A stretch of 56,492 nt of DNA from a virus. Its lineage: Duplodnaviria > Caudoviricetes. The notes below the pieces were generated by a model. It did no database searches. It worked only from the letters and a program-made list of their open reading frames with translations, and had not been told where the DNA came from. How positions within the stretch are numbered: position 1 is the stretch's first letter; each line of letters starts with the position of its first letter. Where the stretch lies: positions 1-56,492 of the IMG/VR virus record IMGVR_UViG_3300045996_001187. One strand, written 5' to 3'. Positions 7,823 to 17,672 of the stretch are shown piece after piece. Made by a program: the position numbers and the translations under genes.

Positions 7823-9313
7823 ATGAAGTCGCACCGTAAAATCGCCCTTACCTATTTCAAGCATTCGTGGCCGTTCTGGATCACAATGCTTGCCAGCGTT
7901 GGCGCGTCGGTATTCTACTATCGCACATACTTACCGCTGCCATTTGTAACCGACGACTACCATTTTCTGGGCCTGCGTTACTGGAAGCCAATGGCCGGCT
8001 ATCAGATCAAGCTCGACACTCCATCCGATTTCTTTGCGCTGTTTAGCCCTTATCGCGGCTGGTTCTATCGTCCCTTAGCTTTACTTTACTTCCCCGCCGT
8101 CAAGTACGTGTTCGGTCCTGACCCGTTTGTTTTTCACCTGCTGAACCACGTCATCAACGGTATCGGGATCGGCCTTATGGCCTGGCTGCTATTCCGCCTC
8201 ACTAAATCCATGACGGCAGGAGTGTTAGCCGGCCTGTTCTTCCTGCGGTGGCCAGCCAAAGACGAGGCTATTTGGTGGGTGTCCTGCGTCACTACGCTGG
8301 CCTGTGCCGTCTTCTACCTTCTCACCCTGCATCTCTGGTTATCGTTCCGAGAGACCGGCAAGCGTCGCTACTACGCCGGTGCCTTAGCATCCTTCGTGGC
8401 TGCCCTGCTCTGGAAAAATGACGCTTTTACCTTGCCCGTCGCAATTCTGTTGCTCGACCTCGTTTGCCTAAAGGTTGGATTGAGCCAATGGCGCAAACTG
8501 ACGCTGAATTACTCGCTACCATTGGCGCTATTCGCGGCCTACGCGTGGCTCGAAAAGACGGCAAGCGCCTATTATGTAAGTCTGGAGCCGCGCCTTAATA
8601 AACCGTACGGCGAAACCTTGCAGGATCGGCTTGCCATTATTCCCAAATTCCGCAATCTCGTGTTCGATAACATGCACCAGGTATTCGATGCACGAGACTT
8701 TGCTTATTTGTGGATTCTCGCACCGCTGGCCATGTATTTCGCATGGAAGGCGTCGCCCGAACAACGACGCGCATTTGTCATGTTCGCGGTGCTTTCCGCC
8801 GTCTGTATTGCCGGATTCTCACTCATGGGCGGTAGTCACATCGTGAGTGAGCGCTTCGCCTACACGCCGATTCTGTTATCAGCCATCGCGGCCGCGTGCG
8901 TATGGCCGCGCTCTCCCTCGCCGGTTCCGGCGCTTGCTCTGGCATCGCTTATTCTCGCTCACTTCACCATTCAGGTATACGAGACGGCGTGGACTATGAT
9001 GTCGTACCATTCAACCTACGCAGCCCTACTTTATGGACTATGTGGGGCTTATGGCTATGGCCTCTATCGTTCTGGATGGTCTCAGACATCACAGAAACTC
9101 TACGGTGTGATTATCTGCGCATATTTCGCCCTGCCCTTAGTGCAGCGGTTCGGGCCGCATATCGCCATCGCGGCCTTGGTCGGTGTTGCGGTATGGCACT
9201 ATCGACAGAATATTGAGGTGCCTGCTAAGCCACAAGATCAGGACTCAAAGCTAAAGACCTTTATGTCTCCGTCAAAGTCCTTCCACACTAGCGCTAAAGC
9301 CTCCATAGAGTAG
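7823..9313 (+). CDS. Polytopic membrane glycosyltransferase, GT-C superfamily (PMT/GtrII-like)
   Basis: TDDY after TM1, YRPL, FHLLN and ERFAY motifs; many TM segments. Confidence 0.8.
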   Translation: MKSHRKIALTYFKHSWPFWITMLASVGASVFYYRTYLPLPFVTDDYHFLGLRYWKPMAGYQIKLDTPSDFFALFSPYRGWFYRPLALLYFPAVKYVFGPDPFVFHLLNHVINGIGIGLMAWLLFRLTKSMTAGVLAGLFFLRWPAKDEAIWWVSCVTTLACAVFYLLTLHLWLSFRETGKRRYYAGALASFVAALLWKNDAFTLPVAILLLDLVCLKVGLSQWRKLTLNYSLPLALFAAYAWLEKTASAYYVSLEPRLNKPYGETLQDRLAIIPKFRNLVFDNMHQVFDARDFAYLWILAPLAMYFAWKASPEQRRAFVMFAVLSAVCIAGFSLMGGSHIVSERFAYTPILLSAIAAACVWPRSPSPVPALALASLILAHFTIQVYETAWTMMSYHSTYAALLYGLCGAYGYGLYRSGWSQTSQKLYGVIICAYFALPLVQRFGPHIAIAALVGVAVWHYRQNIEVPAKPQDQDSKLKTFMSPSKSFHTSAKASIE

Positions 9314-11478
9314 TAGACGCAATTGTCCGGCGCTTCATCGTCGAGCATTTCCTGAGGCTGTAATAACATCTGAATGCCGGGGACCGTTAAGTCAGCGTCA
9401 GCAATATAGAGAAAATCAATATTGGTGATTGTGATACTGCCATTGTCGGTGCCGTACATGTTGAAGCTTAAGTGTTCGAACACATCAGATGCAGGGAAAT
9501 AGAATGCGTGGTGGCCTGTCGTGCTAACATCCATATCGACTGCAATAGCCTCATTATCCTCAGGGTCTCCTGTATGGTTTCCCGCGAGTCCAATCTTGGC
9601 TAGACCGGCGTCATTATCAACAGCAGCTACGGTAATGCGCATTCCAACAATAGAGCGCGGTGTGACCAGCTCAAGATTAACCAAATACGGCGTAAACTCA
9701 TCATCGCCATTTAAAAGCGTTCCCGTGGTGTCCGCGACATCATCAAAAATCAATTCGGCATCGGTGTTCCCGGCGTCCGCCGTGACTGTCGCCCCGGTTG
9801 TCGCGTCTTCCAGCAAGGCATGCGGATATTGAATGATATTCAAATCACTATCAACATCCCCCGGAATATCGAACTCGCCGCGGTCGTTCCAATACCGCTT
9901 CGGCCCAAGGCTCGCGCCAGGGTCACCAACCAGCCCCGGTGCATGCCCCGGCCCTGCGCCCTGCATTACCGGTATATCCGACACACTGATCGCCCCAAAA
10001 CTCACCACTCCGGCGTTAGTCGATTTTAGATACCCGTTCCCGCTGCCTGCCCAAGCAGCGATCTTGCCTAGCACGTTGGTAGCAGTTGCTACGATGAGTT
10101 CGCCGACTGCGAACGAAGTGATGCCAGTCCCGCCCTTCGTGGCAGGCAAGGTGCCGCCCATATTCGACAGAGTAAGGTTCGCCTCGTTAACGTCGATCGA
10201 CACTTCGTCCGTGCCCTGAGTAATCGTGAGTTTGTTGCTTCCAGCCACCAGTGACCGCAAGTAATTCACAGTGCCAGAGAGCGCCTTCCATATCTGTGCG
10301 CCGGTACCAACATTATCGATGCTATTCGGATCAACATTACTCCCCTGCCCGGTCAGCAGCCATTCTAAGGGGTCTGTGTCGACTGTAGCCCCATCGGTGG
10401 CCAGCGTGTAGCTCTTGCGCTTGTGGACCGTGCCGAACTCGATATAAATGCGCGTGCCTGCTTCCGTGGTAATGCCGGTATCGAAGTCGGCTGGCCGCTC
10501 CCACGCGCCCGCACGGACTATCCAGGGGCCGTTTTCGGACGTTGTGACCTGAAACGGCGCGAAGCACGTGTCGCCGTCGCCCAGAGCTACCCCGTCTTGC
10601 GTTTGCAGGCCACTGAGTGTCGCGTTGCCGGTCGCCATGGCCTTGGCGTTGCCGATGTCCTTATAGCCGGAAGCGACTACATTAACCTGCCCTACAGTCG
10701 CTACATCGTCATCTGCAACACCGTTGGCAACGTTGGTTATCTTGAACCCACCACCGTCAAAGTCGGCTGTCATGGGCTTCGAGCCGTCCACATCAAAATG
10801 TCCCGAGTGTGGAGAGGTGTCGTCCACATGCGCCTTTGCATCCGTCAAACTAATCGGAACAGCATCATAATAGTTTGTGGTGCCCTTAATAGCTTTGAGT
10901 GCGCCAGTGAACCATCCGAGGAATTGCGTATACAGTCCCGTTAGACTTGGCGAAGCCTCTGCGGGGTTGGCGACACGTTCCCCAATTTTCGCATCCGTCG
11001 CTCCACTATCAGCAATCCCCACCGTAACCGCCCCGGTGCCGCTGGTTTCAATTCCATCGCCCTCAACTATCGATGTAACGCCGCCGCTACTCGCCCCACC
11101 CAGACGGCGTGCATCTATCGAACTTGTGATCCCGCCGCCATTGGTTGTAATCTGCCGAACCCACCACGAGCCCTCCGTGAAGCCCGTGGTATTTACGGTC
11201 ACTTCGCCATCCAACTCTTCGACGTAGTTAATCGTGCTGGCTGTAAGTGCGACGGTGCCGTCTTCTATAACGGTAGGGTCTGCTGCGGTTGGACTGTTGC
11301 CGCCAAAATACCCCCATGTCAATCCCGTGGTGGTCGAGTCGTCCTGGCTGAACACCTTGGACAGTGCAGCCTCGGCGTCGATACGCTCCGTAAAGTGCGT
11401 CGTGGTCTGGTTGAGTTTGGCATTTGTAATGGCGTCCGGCGTATCAGTGCCACCGCCCCAGTTATAAAAATCAGTCAT
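9238..11478 (-). CDS. Tail fibre / tail tip protein
   Basis: Gly/Thr-rich; KITNVANG..DDVATVGQV, ENGPWIV..GAWER and LPATKGGTG fibre motifs; last gene of the tail run. Confidence 0.75.
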   Translation of the reverse strand: MTDFYNWGGGTDTPDAITNAKLNQTTTHFTERIDAEAALSKVFSQDDSTTTGLTWGYFGGNSPTAADPTVIEDGTVALTASTINYVEELDGEVTVNTTGFTEGSWWVRQITTNGGGITSSIDARRLGGASSGGVTSIVEGDGIETSGTGAVTVGIADSGATDAKIGERVANPAEASPSLTGLYTQFLGWFTGALKAIKGTTNYYDAVPISLTDAKAHVDDTSPHSGHFDVDGSKPMTADFDGGGFKITNVANGVADDDVATVGQVNVVASGYKDIGNAKAMATGNATLSGLQTQDGVALGDGDTCFAPFQVTTSENGPWIVRAGAWERPADFDTGITTEAGTRIYIEFGTVHKRKSYTLATDGATVDTDPLEWLLTGQGSNVDPNSIDNVGTGAQIWKALSGTVNYLRSLVAGSNKLTITQGTDEVSIDVNEANLTLSNMGGTLPATKGGTGITSFAVGELIVATATNVLGKIAAWAGSGNGYLKSTNAGVVSFGAISVSDIPVMQGAGPGHAPGLVGDPGASLGPKRYWNDRGEFDIPGDVDSDLNIIQYPHALLEDATTGATVTADAGNTDAELIFDDVADTTGTLLNGDDEFTPYLVNLELVTPRSIVGMRITVAAVDNDAGLAKIGLAGNHTGDPEDNEAIAVDMDVSTTGHHAFYFPASDVFEHLSFNMYGTDNGSITITNIDFLYIADADLTVPGIQMLLQPQEMLDDEAPDNCVYYSMEALALVWKDFDGDIKVFSFES

Positions 11479-11724
11479 CTAAAAATCTCCCGAAGAGGTC
11501 AACACCCCTTGAGTTTCGGTTGAGTCAATTTCAGTAAGCGCGGTTACGATCGTATACACGTCGTCACCATCAATGCCCTGCACTGTCTGCGTAATAGGCG
11601 GGTCTCCGACATTGCCGCGGGGCCCCAGAGCGCCGCGCATGGCCAGCGCCTGCACCTCGGCCACAGCAGTCGAAACCGCATCGTCCTTGACCTTCTGCAA
11701 GGGACTCTTAACCTTCGCTCGCAC
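11479..11724 (-). CDS. Small tail-associated protein
   Basis: Position and translational coupling. Confidence 0.5.
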   Translation of the reverse strand: MRAKVKSPLQKVKDDAVSTAVAEVQALAMRGALGPRGNVGDPPITQTVQGIDGDDVYTIVTALTEIDSTETQGVLTSSGDF

Positions 11725-13979
11725 TATGCCACCTCCCGCTCTGAAATCTGCGAGCGGTCGCTCTTGATGCTGCCCGAGTACCGCTCGTTGACCGCCTCCA
11801 GTCCATCGAGCGAAGTCTTGTCGCCCGGAAACAGGCCGACATGATAATACGACTCGTAGGAGTGATAACGTGGCGGTCGTCCGTAGCGCAGGCGCAGCGA
11901 GCGGCCCACCAGCGCCGCCTCAGATTGCGTTCTAATGCTGTCGTCCACAACAGTCGGGTATCGCTTCATCCGGCCAATGAAATAGCGCGACTGCGTGTTG
12001 CCGATACCGGCCACTGTGGCTGTCACCGACTCCCACAGCACCTCATCGTGCACGATGCGCTTGCCGTCCGGTCCCATCGCACCGACAACGCGAAACGCGT
12101 TATAGAATTCATCGGTCGAGCGCAAGAAATCGAGGGGCTTCAGCACAGCGCGCCTGCCGGGGTAGGTCGTCGGAGAGTGGCCGGGGCCGGTCAGGAATGT
12201 CGCATCACTGCCGCCTATCTGTGCGAGAGCATTCGACCGCACAGCGAAGGTCCACACACCCGTAGCACTGTTCTGGTAGAGCACCCAGCCCATGCCGTAG
12301 CGGTCGAGCTTTTCACGCAGGAAGTCTGCCGCGCTCTGTCCGTCACTCGATGCGTGCGCGTAGGTTTCGCCGATAGCTGCAGAAGAAAGCCGGACGCCTG
12401 CCGATGCCGACACGCCCGCAAGCTGAGCGCTATTGAAACCGACATAGGCCAGTACGCGGCGAATGAGAGCACCAAGCTTCAGGCCATCGCCAATAATCGC
12501 GCCCTCGGTCAGCAAGGTTTCTTCGAGCAGTGCCCACAAATCGCAAATAACCAGGTTCAAGCGGCTATCCGGGTTTAGGGCAGCATCCCCCAGAATATTT
12601 TCGGTGGCTTTGGCTGCGTTCGAAATCTGCGACTCTTTGACGATGCCCAGCGCCACGACCGTCGTACCGCCGATGTAGAGCCTGCAATATCTATTGGCGA
12701 GACCTTCGTTACGATTCTTAATCGAGGCAAAAGTACGCCCGTTTATGTCCCTTGACTCCACGAGATACTGCGACCGCCGCATGTCGCCCTCGAACTGCGG
12801 CTGTATCTCCATGATAGGTCCGTCGTCGTCCTCCAGGTCGTTGCTGTCGAAGTTGACATCCCCAAACTCCCCCAGTGGTTCCGGGTCCACATTGACATCG
12901 ACCGCATACAGGAATGGCGTCAGGCGCGGATTGGTGGTCGTGAGAGTCGCGTAGATTTTCGAGTTGGTGTATTCGGTGCCGCCTTCAAGTCCGACTCCCG
13001 GCTCGTCCTCGATATCGATTGTGATGTTGGTGCCGGTAGGCTTGTCGGCGATCATGCTTTTGGCTGCCGTTTGCCAGTCCTGGGACGCAGGGTGCCGGTA
13101 AGAGCCCAGATAGATGCGCCCCTGTACTGCGTGGCTTGGATATCCGACTTGCACCGCCCACGTCCCCTCAGAACTTGCGAGAGTGAGTGGCCCACTGCCC
13201 CAGACAGTACCGGCTGTCCGCGTCTTCAGGATGTCCGGCACCTCGATGGTTTGTTCCTGCCAGCGGGCATCTTCACCCAAAAACACCGAGAGGGCCCCAC
13301 GTGGCTCCGCGTAAAACGTGAGTTTCCATGGTTGTCCATACCAGCCATCTCCGCCGCCGGGCTCGATGCTGAGTGATTCGTGGATTGTATAAAGCTCTGC
13401 CTGGGCCGAATTGATTGCATCATTAACTTCGGTTGTCGACTCTTCTTCCGGTAGAGCTAAGAGGCCATTGTAGGCGTTTTCAAGCGCCTGGTTCCACGCG
13501 GGAGCCAGCTTCATTACGTATGCGCGACCTTTCTTTATTTGAAACTGCCACCCATTCCAACGCGCCGTCCAAATCGGAAATTCGCCGTTTGGCTTGTAAA
13601 CAAACCCCGATATCGTAAATGCCTCATTGGTCCCGATTCTATATTTGGCCGGATCGCTAATAAGCAGCGACGGCACACCATTGCCGCTCCAAACAATCGA
13701 ATATGAATCCCCTAGGGCGGCCTCATCGTACTGGTTGTTACCATTGGCACTGCCCCATGCATCGCGCCGATTAGCGACCGCCGGAAAGACAAGGGTCGGA
13801 GCTATAATAGTCGCTCCGGTGCCTTCGTCATCTTTGCGGATGCTGCGCACATTCTGCAGCGCGCCCGGTCGCCTTTTAGCTGCGTCCACGATATTCTGCG
13901 CCGTGAGCGAGATGTGTTGAGGCGGTTGGGCCACAGTGCCCACATGCCCATAAACCACGAGTCGTGCAGAAAGTCCCAT
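11724..13979 (-). CDS. Minor tail / hub (Tal-like) protein
   Basis: 751 aa, downstream of the TMP; C-terminal N..RVVG...VVDDSI hub-like pattern. Confidence 0.6.
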   Translation of the reverse strand: MGLSARLVVYGHVGTVAQPPQHISLTAQNIVDAAKRRPGALQNVRSIRKDDEGTGATIIAPTLVFPAVANRRDAWGSANGNNQYDEAALGDSYSIVWSGNGVPSLLISDPAKYRIGTNEAFTISGFVYKPNGEFPIWTARWNGWQFQIKKGRAYVMKLAPAWNQALENAYNGLLALPEEESTTEVNDAINSAQAELYTIHESLSIEPGGGDGWYGQPWKLTFYAEPRGALSVFLGEDARWQEQTIEVPDILKTRTAGTVWGSGPLTLASSEGTWAVQVGYPSHAVQGRIYLGSYRHPASQDWQTAAKSMIADKPTGTNITIDIEDEPGVGLEGGTEYTNSKIYATLTTTNPRLTPFLYAVDVNVDPEPLGEFGDVNFDSNDLEDDDGPIMEIQPQFEGDMRRSQYLVESRDINGRTFASIKNRNEGLANRYCRLYIGGTTVVALGIVKESQISNAAKATENILGDAALNPDSRLNLVICDLWALLEETLLTEGAIIGDGLKLGALIRRVLAYVGFNSAQLAGVSASAGVRLSSAAIGETYAHASSDGQSAADFLREKLDRYGMGWVLYQNSATGVWTFAVRSNALAQIGGSDATFLTGPGHSPTTYPGRRAVLKPLDFLRSTDEFYNAFRVVGAMGPDGKRIVHDEVLWESVTATVAGIGNTQSRYFIGRMKRYPTVVDDSIRTQSEAALVGRSLRLRYGRPPRYHSYESYYHVGLFPGDKTSLDGLEAVNERYSGSIKSDRSQISEREVA

Positions 13980-15152
13980 TTAAATCTCTTCCCAGGTGCG
14001 TCCCAGGTCTGTCGATCGCCAACTGTTCCCTGCTAAAATCTCCAGTTTCCCGTCGCGATAAATCAGGTTCAGTGGCTCTTTGCTGTCAGACGGAAGATCA
14101 CCGACGTAGACCATGAATGAAGGCTGTGAAGCGCTGTAACTCGGTGCGGCATCGCCCCAACTCACGCTGTCGTATGAGAACTTGAAATAAACCTGAGAAG
14201 GCGTAGAGCCGGTCTTAATTGCCGCACTGCAGGAAAGGTCCGGGGCCAGCGGATTCCCGATGTTGATTGTGGCCGCGCCACGATAATTGCCGTCCCAGAT
14301 TTCTGCCACCTTTTCAACGCTCCCTAATCGGTCATCACTGCGCCAAAGTTCGGTTGTTTCGTTGGGTCTACCTATCTCCCCTTTCGTAATAGCGATATAG
14401 ACCTGCCCGGTCACTGACTCCCAAACATAGGGCGACTTGTAGCCGGGAAACAGTTGCCGGTCTACCTCGCCACTTAAAAAAGCCACTTTCGTCCCATTCG
14501 GCTGCATGACCTGCGGCATCACCTGCGCATGCTGAACCGTTTGTAGCGCGTTGAATTCCAGATTTCGGTTCGATCTCGATATGGCGCTGCGGACGCCGTT
14601 ATCTTCATCAATCGAAACGCCGCCGACCAATACGAAAGACTCTCCCCCGAACGAATCCTGAATTATCAGCCGCACGTTATAAATTCCGGGGTCGGGGAAC
14701 TCGTAATTTAAGACTGGTCCGGTTGCGAATGGCACATACTCCGATTCAATAACAGTTCGATGCTTCTCCCACGTGAAGGTCTGCGTGCCCATCAAAAACT
14801 CTTCGCTTGGCATGTCGCCATACGAGTGGCTGCGCGTGTACTTGTCCGGTGCCTGAAACTCAACGATCTGTGTCGGATTCACGGAAACGTCAACATAACG
14901 GATATCTGTTGGAGTCAACCGATAACTAACACGGTAATAGCTGCCTCCTGTCGACGGGTTGAGGCGAACCTTTAGCTGATCGCCACCATATTCGAACGTC
15001 GACCCCGCTGTACTGATGTTGGTGCCTGAGCCGGAGCCGTTGAAGGCAGCAAGGAAATATTGCCCTACTAATCCGGGACGAGGCACCGGATCAACGGCGC
15101 TTTGCGTTGGGAATCGATAGGTCAGGTCGCGCAAGACGGGATAGGTTGGCAT
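13980..15152 (-). CDS. Minor tail protein with a PKD-like segment and Asp-box repeats
   Basis: YEFPDPGIYNVRLIIQD; WRSDD and WRSTDLGRTW. Confidence 0.55.
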   Translation of the reverse strand: MPTYPVLRDLTYRFPTQSAVDPVPRPGLVGQYFLAAFNGSGSGTNISTAGSTFEYGGDQLKVRLNPSTGGSYYRVSYRLTPTDIRYVDVSVNPTQIVEFQAPDKYTRSHSYGDMPSEEFLMGTQTFTWEKHRTVIESEYVPFATGPVLNYEFPDPGIYNVRLIIQDSFGGESFVLVGGVSIDEDNGVRSAISRSNRNLEFNALQTVQHAQVMPQVMQPNGTKVAFLSGEVDRQLFPGYKSPYVWESVTGQVYIAITKGEIGRPNETTELWRSDDRLGSVEKVAEIWDGNYRGAATINIGNPLAPDLSCSAAIKTGSTPSQVYFKFSYDSVSWGDAAPSYSASQPSFMVYVGDLPSDSKEPLNLIYRDGKLEILAGNSWRSTDLGRTWEEI

Positions 15153-17479
15153 TAGTAGAGCCTGGCCGCCTGCTGGCCTAGTTCGTCCGGCATAATCAGT
15201 TCGACAGTGAACTTACGGTTACCATTTGGCATCTGTCCTGCGTCTTGAGCCCTCGCGCTCGTCGGAAAACGAAGTAAACCGCCGCTACCGTATTTCAGCG
15301 ATTCGGGCGAGCCGCCAGCCCCACGGTTACGAAGCCTCGCGAGGGCCGCAATGGCCGTCTGACGAGCATTTGCAATAGCACCGCCCCCTGATTCCACACC
15401 AGCCTCATCCGCGTCACGTCCGTAGCGCAACGCCCTTGCGCTCGCACGCGTTGCAGCACGCAACCGGCTTGCCGCCTTCTCCCTGGCCTCATTCAATGTC
15501 GCCGTTTGCTCCGCGCCTTCCTGTGTGGCCGCTACGGTCCGGGCTTCGGCCATAATAGCCTCTGCCTCGATACGCGCGATCTGTGCGTCAGTGCTCGCAT
15601 CGATGGCCTTCTGGCGTTTATCGAAAGCATCCTGCAGCCGGTCTATTTTAGCCTGTCCTGCGTCTTTGCCCATGCCGCCGCTTTTCATGGCCTTACGAAT
15701 GGCATCTATCTGGACTTCGAGCGCATCGGCGGCGATTTCCTTATTTTCAGAAAGCGACTCGCGCAGCTCATCAACCTTGGCCTTGGCACGAATCCCGGCA
15801 ATTTCACCGATGGACTTGGCGGCAATTTCGGTCTGCCTGTCTTCCTCGCGCTTCTCCTTCTCGTTGGCACGCGCCATCTTATCGGCATCGCGCTTGGCAC
15901 GTTGTAGCGAACGGAGTTGGATCTGCAACTCCGCCTTCTTGTTCTTGTCTTTCGTGCGTGTGATGGTGTCCTGCAAGGCATCGATTTGCGACTGAGTAAC
16001 GTCGGTATCCTCTCCCGCGACTGTGCCAGCAACGACCCCTGCTACGGAAGTGATAGCGGCAGGGTTAAAGTTCGATGCTGCCGCCATCTGCTTTTTAAGA
16101 TCGGCGTCCAACTTTCCCTGTTGCGCCTTGGCCGCCTGCTCCTCGGCATATTCCTTCTGGATGCGCTCGTCGTAGGAACTGGAGCGCCCCGTCGAAAAGA
16201 AAGCTCCAATGCGGCCCATCGTGTTGCTAACAGCTTCGCCCAGTCCCGGCGCATCCTTCCCTAGAACACCCGTAGATTGCAGGGCCGCATAGCCGAGACC
16301 ACCAGCGATAAGCCCGCCTGCAATGATGCCGCCGGGGCCCGTTGCGAACGCGCGCGCCCTCGCGAGAATGCCTACCTTCGTAGCAGCCGCCACCGCCGCA
16401 TTACCATTCGCTACAACTGCGATTGTGTTGGCATTGGTAGCTATGGTGTTTGAAGTCGTGGCAATCGTGCCCGCGCCTTCGGCTATGGTGGCAAGATTGC
16501 GGAAGTTTCGATACTGCATCCACGCACCTGCAGCAGGACCAACTACGTCGGCTATCTTGGTTCCGAACTCCATTACGCCGCCGACATTCATCAGCAGACC
16601 TTGATGCGAGTCGTTCAGTCCCTTGATGAAAGGAGTCAAGAAACCCATCCATGCCGCGCGTGCATTAGCGGCACCTGCGCCCATAATTTCGGTAGCGTTT
16701 CCTACCTGCGTGGTAAAGTATCCAATCGTCTTTGCGGCTTCCGTTGTCCCTTCTCCAGCCTTAGTTGCATACTGCGCATAGGACTGTAAAACCTGATTAA
16801 ACAGTTCGGTTTGGCCGGCTGCTTCACTAGTGGCTTTAGCGGCCTCAATAGAGTCTTTGGCGGCCTGAGAAAGAACTACACCCGAACGGGTGAGCGCGCC
16901 GGCATTACCGGAAGCGAAGGCACGGCCAAAGCTATCGGCAACGCTTTCCAGCGACTGCCCCATAGTATCGGCCTGGCCGGTGAGACCCGGCATAATCTGG
17001 CTGATCTGCTGAGCATTTAGCCCGAAGGAGAGAAGGTGAGAGGCGGCATCCTTAAACAGGTCATCATCTTTACCCGTCATCTGGCTAAGACGGTCGGCCA
17101 TTTCGTTTATTTCGTCTAGCGCGCCACTCTCCCCGCGCGTGCGAAGCATGGCCGTAAGCTTTGCGTCGACGTTGCCCGCCTCTACACCGGCAGTCACGAG
17201 GCCATTGGCCATCATGTTCAGTCCAGCGAGTGCGGTACCTGCTCCCAGTGTTTGCAGTGTGGAACGCAAAGCCGCGCCCCTGGTGTCAGTGTCGGACAGT
17301 ATCTTGCCGAACTGCTGCATCTTTGACGATGCGGTGGTCGCGCCATTGTTCGAACCAATCCCAGACAGCGACTTATCCAGACCCTTAACTGCATCCTGCG
17401 TCTTGCCGACCTCAGACCTGACCTGATCGGCCCCTCGCGCACGTATGAGAATATCAATAATGTTGGCTATCGAAGTCAC
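15152..17479 (-). CDS. Tail tape measure protein
   Basis: 775 aa, Ala-rich and helical, with a hydrophobic Gly-rich segment; follows the chaperone genes. Confidence 0.9.
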   Translation of the reverse strand: MTSIANIIDILIRARGADQVRSEVGKTQDAVKGLDKSLSGIGSNNGATTASSKMQQFGKILSDTDTRGAALRSTLQTLGAGTALAGLNMMANGLVTAGVEAGNVDAKLTAMLRTRGESGALDEINEMADRLSQMTGKDDDLFKDAASHLLSFGLNAQQISQIMPGLTGQADTMGQSLESVADSFGRAFASGNAGALTRSGVVLSQAAKDSIEAAKATSEAAGQTELFNQVLQSYAQYATKAGEGTTEAAKTIGYFTTQVGNATEIMGAGAANARAAWMGFLTPFIKGLNDSHQGLLMNVGGVMEFGTKIADVVGPAAGAWMQYRNFRNLATIAEGAGTIATTSNTIATNANTIAVVANGNAAVAAATKVGILARARAFATGPGGIIAGGLIAGGLGYAALQSTGVLGKDAPGLGEAVSNTMGRIGAFFSTGRSSSYDERIQKEYAEEQAAKAQQGKLDADLKKQMAAASNFNPAAITSVAGVVAGTVAGEDTDVTQSQIDALQDTITRTKDKNKKAELQIQLRSLQRAKRDADKMARANEKEKREEDRQTEIAAKSIGEIAGIRAKAKVDELRESLSENKEIAADALEVQIDAIRKAMKSGGMGKDAGQAKIDRLQDAFDKRQKAIDASTDAQIARIEAEAIMAEARTVAATQEGAEQTATLNEAREKAASRLRAATRASARALRYGRDADEAGVESGGGAIANARQTAIAALARLRNRGAGGSPESLKYGSGGLLRFPTSARAQDAGQMPNGNRKFTVELIMPDELGQQAARLY

Positions 17480-17672
17480 CCCCTTCTGTCAGGTCGAGGT
17501 ATTCCAGGCAGTCGCCCATCAGGTGAGTTACCTCACGCACCGCCCACTGTTCACGTTTGAGGTAGGGGCGCAAGATGCCTAATTTATCGGCCACGCGTGC
17601 GGCCTGTCGCTGTAGAGGGGCTACGAAGCGTCCGCAGTAGTAGTCCGTCCCATAGCCCCCTGCAGCAAAGGG
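17454..17672 (-). CDS. -1 frameshift extension of the tail assembly chaperone (gpGT-like)
   Basis: Slippery C CCT TTG at 17672-17666; -1 frame stays open to TGA at 17454. Confidence 0.7.
   Translation of the reverse strand, partial: PFAAGGYGTDYYCGRFVAPLQRQAARVADKLGILRPYLKREQWAVREVTHLMGDCLEYLDLTEGGDFDSQHY

Noticed and set aside
4769-11478. Diversity-generating retroelement or invertible fibre cassette
   Set aside because: No reverse transcriptase, invertase or template/variable repeat pair seen
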